A stretch of 63,971 bases of DNA, filler included, from Octopus bimaculoides (Eukaryota), in the NCBI RefSeq assembly GCF_001194135.2. It is 6 parts of 6 records of this genome, joined end to end, with 100 filler letters (N's around TTAATTAATTAA, not from the genome) between each part and the next. Parts side by side here need not be neighbours in the genome. Positions count along the whole stretch, not along the records: positions 1 to 21,882 come from NC_068982.1; 5 more parts are not named here. The stretch is one strand, 5' to 3'. A program made the position numbers and the translations under genes. Shown piece after piece: positions 1 through 11,350 of the stretch; position 1 is the first letter of the stretch, and every line of letters begins with the position of its first letter. The notes under the pieces are model-generated. The model was not told where the DNA came from. It did no database searches and was given only the letters and a program-made list of their open reading frames with translations.

Positions 1-299
1 TATACTATTTTAATATTTATTAATATTTTTTACTTTGTCCCTTTTGATTTTTATTATAGGTCTTTTTAGTGTATTTACTTATTTAATTTTTCTATATGTG
101 ATTGTGGATTTTCATGGATGAATTCAATAGTTGGTGGTTTTTTCTGTATATTATATATTTATATATTATATATAGTGAAATTTAATTTCATTTTAATTTT
201 GATAAATTAAATTGAATTTTTCCCTGTAAATTTGGATTTTTATCCCTAATATATATATATATATATATACATGCACATATATATTGCAGAATTACAGGA

Positions 300-1300
300 A
301 GCACTATCAAATTAAGGGAGAATAATGTTGGTGCTAGCGTACAGACATGCCTGACCAGAGATATAGTAACAAGCTGCATACAGTTGAAATTTATCGATGT
401 CATTTACATTTCGGCTCTCATTCCACTCTGTGAGGGCTCTTTCACAAGAGTGAATACATTTTAGTGCTTTACAAACCTCCAGAGCCCCTCTCACAAGCTT
501 GATTGGTTTATTGTAGAGAATGATTTGTGAAGTCAATAAGGACAACATGCAAAGCATCGTCCTATTCCACAAATTCTCCTGTGGTTGCTGCAGGCAGAAC
601 ATCAATTATTTTTATCGAAATCCTTAACTCTTTGAACTCAATTACAGGTATCTCATTTTCTTATCCTATCTTTTGTTTAATAAGAATATTTATACTAGAA
701 TCTTCCTGATGATACCAAGCATACATATCTGTTTATAATTCCTAGAATCATTTTTCTCAGTCTTCTTAAATATAGGGCCAATACTAGCATCTTTCAATTG
801 TTGTGTTACATCTCTACATTACCATGACTCCAAAATTAACTGTCTCTACTGTGTACATCTCTAAAGGTGTCCCAAACACTTATTGGTCTTTTTTTAGCCA
901 CTAAAGTTATGTTTGCTGTAAACACCCTTTTTACGCTCATCGAATCATCCCCGGATAAATCAAAACACTCACGTGCCTTATTTTTCACACTTTCTTGCTC
1001 AAAGTATCGAGATTCAGAAATTGCAGGATGTTATCTACAAATAAATTAAATATTTATCCTTTTCTCTGGAAGATTGTTGATCAATGTAATTAGCACTCGT
1101 CTTTTAAGTTCCGTATATATCTTTCTGTCTTTTGAGAAACTACATGTTCTAGTGAAATCGAAAACCATCAAATATTTCAATTCGTAATCATAATAGTTTT
1201 TCATATATTACATAATAAGGTTATTTCTTTTAAAAGTCTTAATACATTTAATAAATTCATAACTAATTCTTGTATCGAAAAATCTCAAAGGTTTCTAATA
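300..1300 (-). mobile_element. Decayed RTE-clade LINE, reverse transcriptase region
   Basis: Manual minus-strand translation with stops and frameshifts gives W*CRDVTQQLKDASIGPIFKKTEKNDSRNYKQICMLGIIRKIL and IDVL..QPQE..DDALHVVLIDFT. These match the RTE RT motifs VPQQLKDASIVPIFKKG..NYRGISLL..GKIL and QEKC.EQ..LH.VFIDF. Ends are approximate. Confidence 0.75.
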
Positions 1301-2189
1301 ATCATTACGTAGAATTCTTATCTTTACTTTTTATCTATCTTTACTTTTTAGTTATCCAGTGACGTCAAAAATAGTTGAATACAACAATAGCGTTTTTTTA
1401 GATTAGACTTCTTTATATTTCTAATTGTCATAATGTGCAATTCTTGTGCGTTTTTTTATTATTATTATTATTATTTCGTAATCCACTAACGTCACCAATT
1501 GTTGAATAGAAAAATGACATTTCTTAAATATGTCTATTTTTTTATTATTAGCTTTTTCGTTATCCACTGACTTCACCATTAGATGAATGCAACAACATCT
1601 CAAGCTGAATTCAGTTTCAGCGTTTTTCGTTTCTTTTTTGTAGGCGTTTCTGTACCAGTAATACTTCAGAAGTTCAATTCGAAATTCATTAATGTTCAAT
1701 CGTCTTGATAACGTTGTATTAACATGTATTTGCGGAAATATTAATATTAATATTAATGATATATATATANNNNNNNNNNNNNNNNNNNNNNNNNNNNNNN
1801 NNNNNNNNNNNNNNNNNNNNNNNNNNNNNNNNNNNNNNNNNNNNNNNNNNNNNNNNNNNNNNNNNNNNNNNNNNNNNNNNNNNNNNNNNNNNNNNNNNNN
1901 NNNNNNNNNNNNNNNNNNNNNNNNNNNNNNNNNNNNNNNNNNNNNNNNNNNNNNNNNNNNNNNNNNNNNNNNNNNNNNNNNNNNNNNNNNNNNNNNNNNN
2001 NNNNNNNNNNNNNNNNNNNNNNNNNNNNNNNNNNNNNNNNNNNNNNNNNNNNNNNNNNNNNNNNNNNNNNNNNNNNNNNNNNNNNNNNNNNNNNNNNNNN
2101 NNNNNNNNNNNNNNNNNNNNNNNNNNNNNNNNNNNNNNNNNNNNNNTATATATATATAATCAAAATAAGCAACAGGATATCCAGAGATG

Positions 2190-2278
2190 ATGCGGCATGA
2201 CCGTTTCAAGCAGCTCCATTTAATTGCTCAATGCAATCATTACATCAATTTAAATGCAGGGCTATCATCAGCTTCACA
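2190..2278 (-). ncRNA. Degenerate type I hammerhead-like motif with long stem II
   Basis: Minus strand: gtgaag-CTGATGA-TAGC..GCATTTAAATTG...CAATTAAATG..GCTG-ctt-GAAA-cggtca-tg-ccgcat. The core and a long stem II hairpin are visible, but the cleavage triplet and stem I are degenerate. Confidence 0.4.
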
Positions 2279-2279
2279 A

Positions 2280-2313
<34 letters not shown>

Positions 2314-2395
2314 CATTGCAATAGAAGCAATTGATGGCTTTATGAGGTGGTATCTGTAATAAAGATGTAATTTTTTCCATACGTATATTTTGTTC

Positions 2396-2477
2396 TCACT
2401 TGCCCAAAGTGCAGCGCAGTGAGACTGAACCCCGAACCATTTGGTTTGGAAGCAACCTTCTTTCCACACAGTCACTC
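2396..2477 (-). mobile_element. SINE family A, head fragment
   Basis: Reverse complement of the family A head (..gtgactgtgtggaaagaaggttgcttccaaacc..ggttcagtctcactgcgctgcactttgggcaag). Confidence 0.75.
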
Positions 2478-2629
2478 AGAATCTCAGATGCTCTGAATTT
2501 CTCGAAATTCTACCAAAGTATATTTGGATTTATCTGCCATACTTCAGGATTTACATGGGGTCTGTATTCTATATTCATTTACTGGTGTCTAATTGCTGAA
2601 CATTTGTAACCAGTAACCATTCTCTTTTA

Positions 2630-2765
2630 AAACTGAGACCGATAGAGTCAGTAGCATGCTGAAAAAGAATGGAAAGTACTGGGCTCCATTCATTCGTCTA
2701 AAATTCTTCAAGGCAGGGCCCCAGCACGGCTGCAGTCAAATGACTGAAACAAGTAAAGGAATAAC
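2630..2765 (+). mobile_element. SINE family A, 3' tail fragment
   Basis: gagaccgatagagtcagta...ccagcacggctgcagtcaaatgactgaaacaagtaaa matches the family A tail seen intact at 62100-62225. Confidence 0.8.
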
Positions 2766-2768
2766 AAA

Positions 2769-2822
<54 letters not shown>

Positions 2823-2873
2823 NNNNNNNNNNNNNNNNNNNNNNNNNNNNNNNNNNNNNNNNNNNNNNNNNNN

Positions 2874-2905
<32 letters not shown>

Positions 2906-4118
2906 TGTGTGGAGAGTGTGAGAGAGAGTGGAAGGGAGGAGGCGGCAATGAGATATCATTGTGGAGAGAGAATAACTAAGAAACTAGGGAAGCGGCCAAG
3001 GAAAGCCTCAGGAAAATTAGACTGAGTGTGATATAATTACTACATGATAAAACCTTCTTAAGAATTTAACTTGCCAACCAAGTGACAATCTAGATGTGTT
3101 ATAATTATCCTACAATAAGAAAACGGGGAACCATGGGTGAATAAAGTGAAAACTCTTGTCGAAAAATAATGCACTTAGGTTTTCTATATGTCTTTGAGCA
3201 GCATAACAAAGCAAAAATGAAAGTGAATGTGAGTCAGAACAAGATGCAACATCGTTTCGCAACATAAGTCCTGCATTGAACAAGCTGTACGTTACATGCA
3301 AAAAAGAAAAGGCTTCAATGGATGGATAAATCAAACGCAACGTAATGTTATCGCTCCCTACTAAGATCTTCTGATAAAGTTGTTAAGAACATAATATTTC
3401 TATAAATAGCCAATGTAAGAGAGATAATTTATATCAGCAGTATCAAAGCAGTGTCAGAAGTGTAATGGACGGAAAATATGAGTGATAAATTCCGAATAGG
3501 AAACAGGATATCGAGAATAAAACGAGTGGATCAAAGTTAGAGGAAGTATTAGAAATTGGCGTTTAAAGGAATAAATAGAGTGCAGTGAAATTTTCGAGAT
3601 AATTATCGAAACCTGTAGGTGTTCAATCGTAATATAAAATGCGATTGTAGGTATGCTCTTTGAGTATGCATGTATACGTTTGTAGATATATATACATGTG
3701 TATATGCTCAGAAATGCATATATGCACAAAGCTACAAAGCTATATTTATATGCGTACATATTTGTGTGTGTGTGTGGTGTGGTGTGTGTGTGTGTGCGTG
3801 TGTGCGTGTGTGCGTTTGTGCGTGTGTGTGTGNNNNNNNNNNNNNNNNNNNNNNNNNNNNNNNNNNNNNNNNNNNNNNNNNNNNNNNNNNNNNNNNNNNN
3901 NNNNNNNNNNNNNNNNNNNNNNNNNNNNNNNNNNNNNNNNNNNNNNNNNNNNNNNNNNNNNNNNNNNNNNNNNNNNNNNNNNNNNNNNNNNNNNNNNNNN
4001 NNNNNNNNNNNNNNNNNNNNNNNNNNNNNNNNNNNNNNNNNNNNNNNNNNNNNNNNNNNNNNNNNNNNNNNNNNNNNNNNNNNNNNNNNNNNNNNNNNNN
4101 NNNNNNNNNNNNNNNNNN

Positions 4119-4170
<52 letters not shown>

Positions 4171-4329
4171 AAGAGATAGAGAAAGAAAGAGAAAAAGAGA
4201 GAGAAACAGACGAGTGCCTAATGAATCCGTTCATTCGTAAACAGTAATTTGTTACTTAACGATGGACGTCTGACGTATGAAACATTACGGCCAGCGGTTA
4301 TAGCCACCTAATCTGCAACAGAACAGGAA

Positions 4330-5090
4330 AAATGCTGCTGAGATGTCTGTAGTGTCTTGTAGCAGCTCTTTTGCAATATATTCTTCACAAGTATCATTTG
4401 ATAATTTTTCTTATATAAATATTCTCAGTGATTTATACACGAGCTCTAACTTGCTATCCTAAAGATAATGTTCTGTAATAAAAATAATGTGTTGTGTGGT
4501 GCATTACTAACAAGAACAACCCGTTTTGCCTTGATGACTTCCGTAACATTGTATTGAGGTAAAATAAATTAAACTTGATTTCGACAACCACAACTTTGTT
4601 TAACGCTTTGAATCTGTCTCCACTCTTACTAATCATCAGTACGGCGTTCATGAAGCCAGATGCATGGGCTCTCACCTTCGTGAATTTCGGTAAAGCTGTG
4701 TTGCTCTCACTATCAGCAAAACATCTTAAAGTGTCTAGTACTCGAATCTGCTGCAAAACCCACCTGACAATAGTATCCATCCGCTTCTCATCCAGTAGAC
4801 AGATAGCTTACGCCCTGGTGTGTGTATTAGAGAGAACCGCTTGTGTACGGCAGGTTTCGCTCTTTAATTGACACTTCCTCGAAATCATCTCTTATCAATT
4901 CTGCACTGACATCAAGAATCTGTGTGTCCCCTCATGGTGTCATGTCACTTGTCTACCTCAACAGAACCCCTTCACATATCAAGAAAACAAATTACAGCCC
5001 ATAAGCTTGTTTCAAAAGCTAGGCGTAACTATCACCGACGATGTATCCTGGCGAACAAATATCTTTAACATAGCAACATAAGTATTTCAA
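4330..5090 (+). mobile_element. Decayed L2/CR1/Jockey-group LINE, reverse transcriptase region
   Basis: Fragments LTNHQYGVHEARCMG (compare LSD.QYGFR..RSTG), FGKAVLLSLxISKTFESV (compare ALDISKAFDRV) and QKLGVTITDDVSWRTNI (compare YLGVTI..DLSW..HI), with many frameshifts. Confidence 0.7.
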
Positions 5091-5231
5091 GGTGAAGAGA
5101 GGAAGTAGGTGTCAGATGAAGAGAGAAGGGGAAGATGTGCGAGTTGGAGGAGTCGGAAGGCTCGGAGTATGGTGCGTTGGAGAGCAGGATGGAGGGTTGG
5201 TGGGTGACACATACATATATATATATGATTG

Positions 5232-5276
5232 CCCGAAATGGGGAGTAGATAGACAGACGACAACTAATGAAGGGTC
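5232..5276 (+). ncRNA. Twisted-permutation hammerhead-like motif, subfamily A, 5'-truncated
   Basis: CCC-GAAA-TGGG-gagtagatagacaga-CGACAA-CTAATGA-A-GGG is near-identical to 63817-63859. The cleavage strand is missing (a TA repeat lies upstream) and the core has G5>A. Confidence 0.55.
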
Positions 5277-6082
5277 ATTCTTTGTATAGCTCTTTGTCCT
5301 TTTCTTCTTTCGTCATTTGCGTATTTAACTCATTTGTTTTCGTATTTCATGTTGTTTACTGTTAGTGACATCCTGTATCCATATATGCATATATAAATAT
5401 ATACATACATACATACNNNNNNNNNNNNNNNNNNNNNNNNNNNNNNNNNNNNNNNNNNNNNNNNNNNNNNNNNNNNNNNNNNNNNNNNNNNNNNNNNNNN
5501 NNNNNNNNNNNNNNNNNNNNNNNNNNNNNNNNNNNNNNNNNNNNNNNNNNNNNNNNNNNNNNNNNNNNNNNNNNNNNNNNNNNNNNNNNNNNNNNNNNNN
5601 NNNNNNNNNNNNNNNNNNNNNNNNNNNNNNNNNNNNNNNNNNNNNNNNNNNNNNNNNNNNNNNNNNNNNNNNNNNNNNNNNNNNNNNNNNNNNNNNNNNN
5701 NNNNNNNNNNNNNNNNNNNNNNNNNNNNNNNNNNNNNNNNNNNNNNNNNNNNNNNNNNNNNNNNNNNNNNNNNNNNNNNNNNNNNNNNNNNNNNNNNNNN
5801 NNNNNNNNNNNNNNNNNNNNNNNNNNNNNNNNNNNNNNNNNNNNNNNNNNNNNNNNNNNNNNNNNNNNNNNNNNNNNNNNNNNNNNNNNNNNNNNNNNNN
5901 NTAGGATCCACAATGAGCAGAACTTACCTGCAGGTATTGGTAGTACAAATCAGAGGTGCAATCTGTGTGGGTGTTTTTTCAAAACATTGTCTGGTTTAAA
6001 AAGCCACGTCAGACGCCATGAAAGGGCTAAGGTGTAGGTGCAGGAGGTGGTCAAACTCTGTGTAAGGAGTAGACAACCACCA

Positions 6083-6130
<48 letters not shown>

Positions 6131-6524
6131 CACAAAATTATTACACATGAAATATACATAGGATCGTATTATGGATTAATAAATTTGAGGTGAACAACCT
6201 GTAACCTTGCAATTCTAATGAACATAAACTTTTCAGTTCAGCTGAAATAGGATCTATACCTTTTGAAGACATCATGAAATATTCAAAAGCAAATACGTGA
6301 TTACTATTCGAAAAGCAATGATAAAGGATAGAGAACATTGGCAATCAGTCTCACGAGAATGTAGCGATTCACTTGAAATTTTAAAATCTAGCTGTCATTC
6401 TGTAACCTGTTCATACGCATTTAGAAGAAGCTTTACGTGTGTTTGGTAATATATTTGTCGATGGCAGCGATGTATCATGTCATGCATTTCACGTGTAATG
6501 TGGAAAATACAGGGGTGTCTGAAA

Positions 6525-6618
6525 ATGATAAGCTTCCTCCAAGGCGCCGGCGTTGTTTTGTGCTTAACAATCATGCTTCTTACGTTGTGTCGGGTTCGGG
6601 CAGAATCTGTAACGAATT
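6525..6618 (+). CDS. Candidate first coding exon with signal peptide
   Basis: gaaaATG start, MISFLQGAGVVLCLTIMLLTLCRVRA/ESVTN, then a GTGAGA donor at 6619 in phase 1. No downstream exon was identified. Confidence 0.3.
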
Positions 6619-7599
6619 GTGAGATTGCGTTTTACCATAAACTCGGATTAGCCATTGCATTTTATGTGGAGTTTGGACAACAGTGTTACTTATAAATGTT
6701 TGAGGTACAAGCAACAATGTTTTGACATGATACAACAGTCGTTAATGTTGTATATTAACTCAAGTAGTGTATGTGAATGGTTTGCAGATAAATGTGCACG
6801 CGTACACGTAATATACATACATGTATCCTTACTGTCCGTGCTTAAATAGCAATTAGATCTCAGAGCCGTCTCTGCAGTAGAATAAGTAGGAACCACATGT
6901 ATGCTTCCTGCTTAGTTCATATTGTAAGGTATTCNNNNNNNNNNNNNNNNNNNNNNNNNNNNNNNNNNNNNNNNNNNNNNNNNNNNNNNNNNNNNNNNNN
7001 NNNNNNNNNNNNNNNNNNNNNNNNNNNNNNNNNNNNNNNNNNNNNNNNNNNNNNNNNNNNNNNNNNNNNNNNNNNNNNNNNNNNNNNNNNNNNNNNNNNN
7101 NNNNNNNNNNNNNNNNNNNNNNNNNNNNNNNNNNNNNNNNNNNNNNNNNNNNNNNNNNNNNNNNNNNNNNNNNNNNNNNNNNNNNNNNNNNNNNNNNNNN
7201 NNNNNNNNNNNNNNNNNNNNNNNNNNNNNNNNNNNNNNNNNNNNNNNNNNNNNNNNNNNNNNNNNNNNNNNNNNNNNNNNNNNNNNNNNNNNNNNNNNNN
7301 NNNNNNNNNNNNNNNNNNNNNNNNNNNNNNNNNNNNNNNNNNNNNNNNNNNNNNNNNNNNNNNNNNNNNNNNNNNNNNNNNNNNNNNNNNNNNNNNNNNN
7401 NNNNNNNNNNNNNNNNNNNNNNNNNNNNNNNNNNNNTATATATATATATATATATTTGTATGTATGTATGTATGTATGTATGTATATACTAAGATATATT
7501 ATGCGTGTTGCAGAATATTACTTAATGGATATTAGAGTACATTACAGTATGCTACAGCATCTATCTATATAGAGCTATATTGCTTTAAATTTTGTGTAC

Positions 7600-7976
7600 T
7601 AGGTGAGCAATTTCGTGTGGAGGTAAGTCGATTACATGAATACCTGTGCTCAAATGGATCTTATTTTATCCACCCTGAAAGAATGAAAAATAAGGTAGTC
7701 GTCGGCACACTTTTGAACCCAGAACATAAAGACAGGCGACAGGTCTCTTCGCCATCCTTATGCACATAAGTCGGCGAGGACCGTTGATACACCTGGTAAA
7801 ATACTTAGCAGCATTTCGTTTGTCTTTACAATCTAACTACAAATTGTGCTGAGGTCGATTTTTGCATTCACTCTCTCGGGTTCCAAGATATAGGTACTTG
7901 CTGAGCATTGAGATCGATGTAATTGACACATCCCATTTTGTGAAATTGCAGGCCTTGTCCCAAAATGTTAAGTCAA
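7600..7976. mobile_element. Two diverged SINE family B copies, head-to-head
   Basis: 7600-7735 is a minus copy (ccctgaaagaatgaaaaataaggtagtcgtcggcacacttttgaacccagaac). About 7797-7976 is a plus copy (aaaatacttagcagcatttcgtttgtctttac...gaggtcgatttttgc...gcaggccttgtc). Confidence 0.6.
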
Positions 7977-8000
7977 TATATTACACAATATATTGTACTA

Positions 8001-8177
8001 GGTGCAGGAGTGACTGTGTGGTAAGTAGCTTGCTTACGAACCATATGGTTTCGGGTTCAGTCCCACTGCGTGGCACCTTGGGCAAGTGTCTTCTACTATA
8101 GCCTCTGGCCGACCAAAGCCTTGTGAATGGATTTGGTAGACGGAAACTGAAAGAAGCCCGTCGTATATATGTATATG

Positions 8178-8229
<52 letters not shown>

Positions 8230-8378
8230 TGTGCATGTGTGTATGTTTGTGTGTGTGTGTGTATGTTTGTGTGTGTGTGTGTGTGTGTCTGTGTGTGTGT
8301 GCATGTTTGTGTGTCTGTGCTTGTCCCCTCACCATCGCTTAACAACCGATGGGGTGTGTTTACATCCCCGTCACTCAG
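8001..8378 (+). mobile_element. SINE family A, tRNA-derived with CORE-like ccttgggcaag segment, 3'-truncated
   Basis: Head ggtgcaggagtgactgtgtggtaag with B-box-like ggttcagtccc, ccttgggcaagtgtctt, and an internal (TA)/(TG) microsatellite. It resembles described octopus OR/OK-type SINEs, but I cannot assign which one. Confidence 0.9.
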
Positions 8379-8647
8379 TGGTTCGATTCCCGGCGATGCG
8401 TTGTGTTCTTGAACAAGAAACTTTATTTAACGTTGCTCCAGTTCACTCAGCTGGCAAAAGTGAGTAGTACCTGTATTTCAAAGGGCCGGCCTTGTCACGA
8501 AATGTGTCACGCTGAGTCTCCGTGAGAACTACGTTAGGGGTACACGTGTCTGTGGAGTGCTCAGCCACTTGCACGTTAATTTCACGAGCAGGCTGTTCCG
8601 TTGATCGTATCAGCTGGGACCCTCGTCGTGGTAACCGACGGAGTGCT
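8378..8647 (+). mobile_element. SINE family C, 5'-truncated
   Basis: gttcgattccc..gttcttgaacaagaaact..ttgctccagttcactcagctgg..ctgtggagtgctcagccacttgcacgttaatttcacgagc..gacggagtgc. Confidence 0.9.
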
Positions 8648-9111
8648 CCTCCTTTACAGTATATTATCTGATATATATTACCTTATGTTACTTCATTTGC
8701 ATTACAATACGTTACTTAATACATATTACATTATGTTAAGGTATGAGTATTACAATATATTGTTAAATATATATTACATTGCATTGCTTAATATGTATTA
8801 CTTTATTATTTAATCTACATTGCAGTGCTTTGTTTCATGTGCATTATATTATATTCACATATGTGTACTGCTGCATATTACTTGATGTATATGGCAGAAT
8901 GATACTTAATGTTTATTTCCGGAAAGGTTCAAAAGAGTAGCCTATGGAGAACCTGGAACAATGAAGCTAAATTATGCAAACCATTTTATGTAACACTCTA
9001 CTGATTTTCTTGCCGTTTTTCGGAATAAATATTATAGGTTGCTGGCTTACCATTTCCTTATGATGTACTACAATATCCCAGCGTAGTCAACAATGTATGA
9101 CATGTATGCAT

Positions 9112-9209
<98 letters not shown>

Positions 9210-10054
9210 TATTAATAAATTTCAGGGTAGCAGAAAGAATTTAGAAATTTTTTGCTACCAGTGGTCTAGCGAGAAGAAAAAACTAGTCAATAGACTATGT
9301 ATTATTCATATAAATACAGTGTACATTTAACATATAAGAGATCGTCTTTCGAAAATACCCTAATAATGGTTTGTGTACGTAGGTGTGTATGCGTGCGTGT
9401 GTGTACATGTACGTGTATGTGTCTAAGGTCTTTGTTAATTTGTTTAACCTAACATATACATGCATGCGAACATAAGCAGGCATGCAGACGCCCACTTGAA
9501 ATTCTCTTATTTCTTTTTCAGCTGTCTGACTACATTTTGTGAAGAAACGCTGAACCATTCACTAAAGCTGTATATTTAACGCAAACATAACACCACGCCT
9601 TATCTAAACAGAATAATATCTATTCCCACAGCTATTGGACTGTTATGTCTCAAGATACTCCTATCTAGCACCTTCGGATGATCTCTATTCAACCGCTACA
9701 CAACTGCTACTCGACTGCTACTCAACCCTTGGGAGATCCTACTTCTTCGCCTGGGGGCATCGACACAACATGGACGCAGCTAGATATGAAACCAGTTAAG
9801 TGCGTTTATATAACATATGTACATATATACATACGTACATATATACATACGTACATATATACATACGTACATATATACATACGTACACACACACATACAT
9901 ACTCATATGCTGAAATTTGAATAAATCTTCATAAATTCTCCGTGCATTTTATGCTTTATATAATTTTTATATATACGCATACGTGTGGGTGCGTGTGCGT
10001 GTGTGTGTGTGTGTGTGTTTGTGTGTGCATGTGCGCAGGTGCATATACATAACT

Positions 10055-10362
10055 GGTACTCTGCCGATCACATCCACGAGGGTTCCTGTTGATCTGATCA
10101 GCGGAACAGTCTGCTCACGAAATTAACGTGTAAGTCGCTGAGCACTCAGCAAACACGCGTGCCCTCACACTAGTTCGTAAGGAGATTCAGCACGATACGG
10201 AAAGTGACAAGGCTGGCCCCTCTGAAATACAGGTGCAACTCATTTTTGTCAACTGAGTAGATCGGAGCAACGTGAAATAAAGTGTCTCGCTCAAGGAAAC
10301 AACACACGATAGGAAATCGAACTCACGACCTTACGATCGTAAGCCGAGTCCGCCTAACCATG
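10055..10362 (-). mobile_element. SINE family C
   Basis: Reverse complement of the family C consensus seen at 37496 and 56297. Confidence 0.85.
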
Positions 10363-10553
10363 TCAGAAGCAGTATCAATACCAAAAGTCAGTCTTTATCT
10401 CCAACTTAACATGGAGGTTGTATCAGAACAAGGAATACTACATTATTTGTCTTGAGAAGAATTTTCATAAGGCGTCGTGATGCATAAACGCCCATCGTAA
10501 TTATATCCTTTACTGATGAGAACCATCTACTTCGGCCACTGCAACTGGCAAAC

Positions 10554-11350
10554 CCCGTGATTTCGCCCTGTTACGTCGCTGCTAGACATCTGTCACTGAG
10601 AAGGCTATAGCAGGGCGAAATCCCGTGGTCTGTTTGCAACTGCTTTTATGCTCTGTTGATCTATAAGAGATCTTCTCATGGTATATGAAGCAATATTCTG
10701 AGTGGTCACAACATCCAAGTTAAGTTGGAGATCAAGGTTAACATTTGATATTAATACTACTTCTATCGCTATGAATCCCTTTTTAATAACCACACCGGCT
10801 ATTTGCAACGCTAATGCCTGAATAGTTACTGACTTCTATATATATTACTGATGGGAGATTCGGCTGTAATGTCGCTGCTAGATGTCTGTCATAGCAGGTT
10901 GATGTCGCGCAATTTTCCAGTTCTGTCGGCTGTAATTCCGAGTGTTTTTATTCACCACTTGCCCTTATGACAGATCCTCTTAGGATAAATAAGCAGTATT
11001 CTACGTCCTAACACAAACACTATATTAATTTGTTGATCAATATTGCCTTTTTGGTATTAGTACCTCTTCTCTTGTTAATTAAAATCTAATTAAATAATAA
11101 AAGTATCAAAGAATCACAAGCCCGCTGATTATTTCGGATTCCAGTGCTTGCATAGACAGTGATATTTTAAATGTCGTTGACAAGAGATTTGGTGGTTATG
11201 TCGCTGTTGAGCAGCTGTCACTGAGAAGACCATAGCAGGGGGAAAACACGTGATCTGGTAATTCCGGTAGCAGTGTGAGATATCCTGTCATGGTAAATAT
11301 TTCAACGTTCTGTGTTCTACCACAACGTCCAGCTAAATGGATATCAAGAG
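10554..11350 (+). repeat. Three dispersed copies of a hairpin-forming unit about 300-330 bp apart
   Basis: Motif gtcgctgYtaga.atctgtca(ctgagaagg)catagcagg at 10575, 10871 and 11200. Copies 1 and 3 stay homologous for about 160 bp downstream. Confidence 0.75.

Noticed and set aside
5926-6050. Minus-strand exon ending CAG|GTAAGT
   Set aside because: The donor is good, but all three frames contain stops from the best acceptor. It could only be non-coding or very short.
9670-9760. Possible hammerhead with a GGATCTC/GAGATC stem on the minus strand
   Set aside because: Both core segments are broken (GCGAAGA and GAAG), and stems I and III are unsupported.
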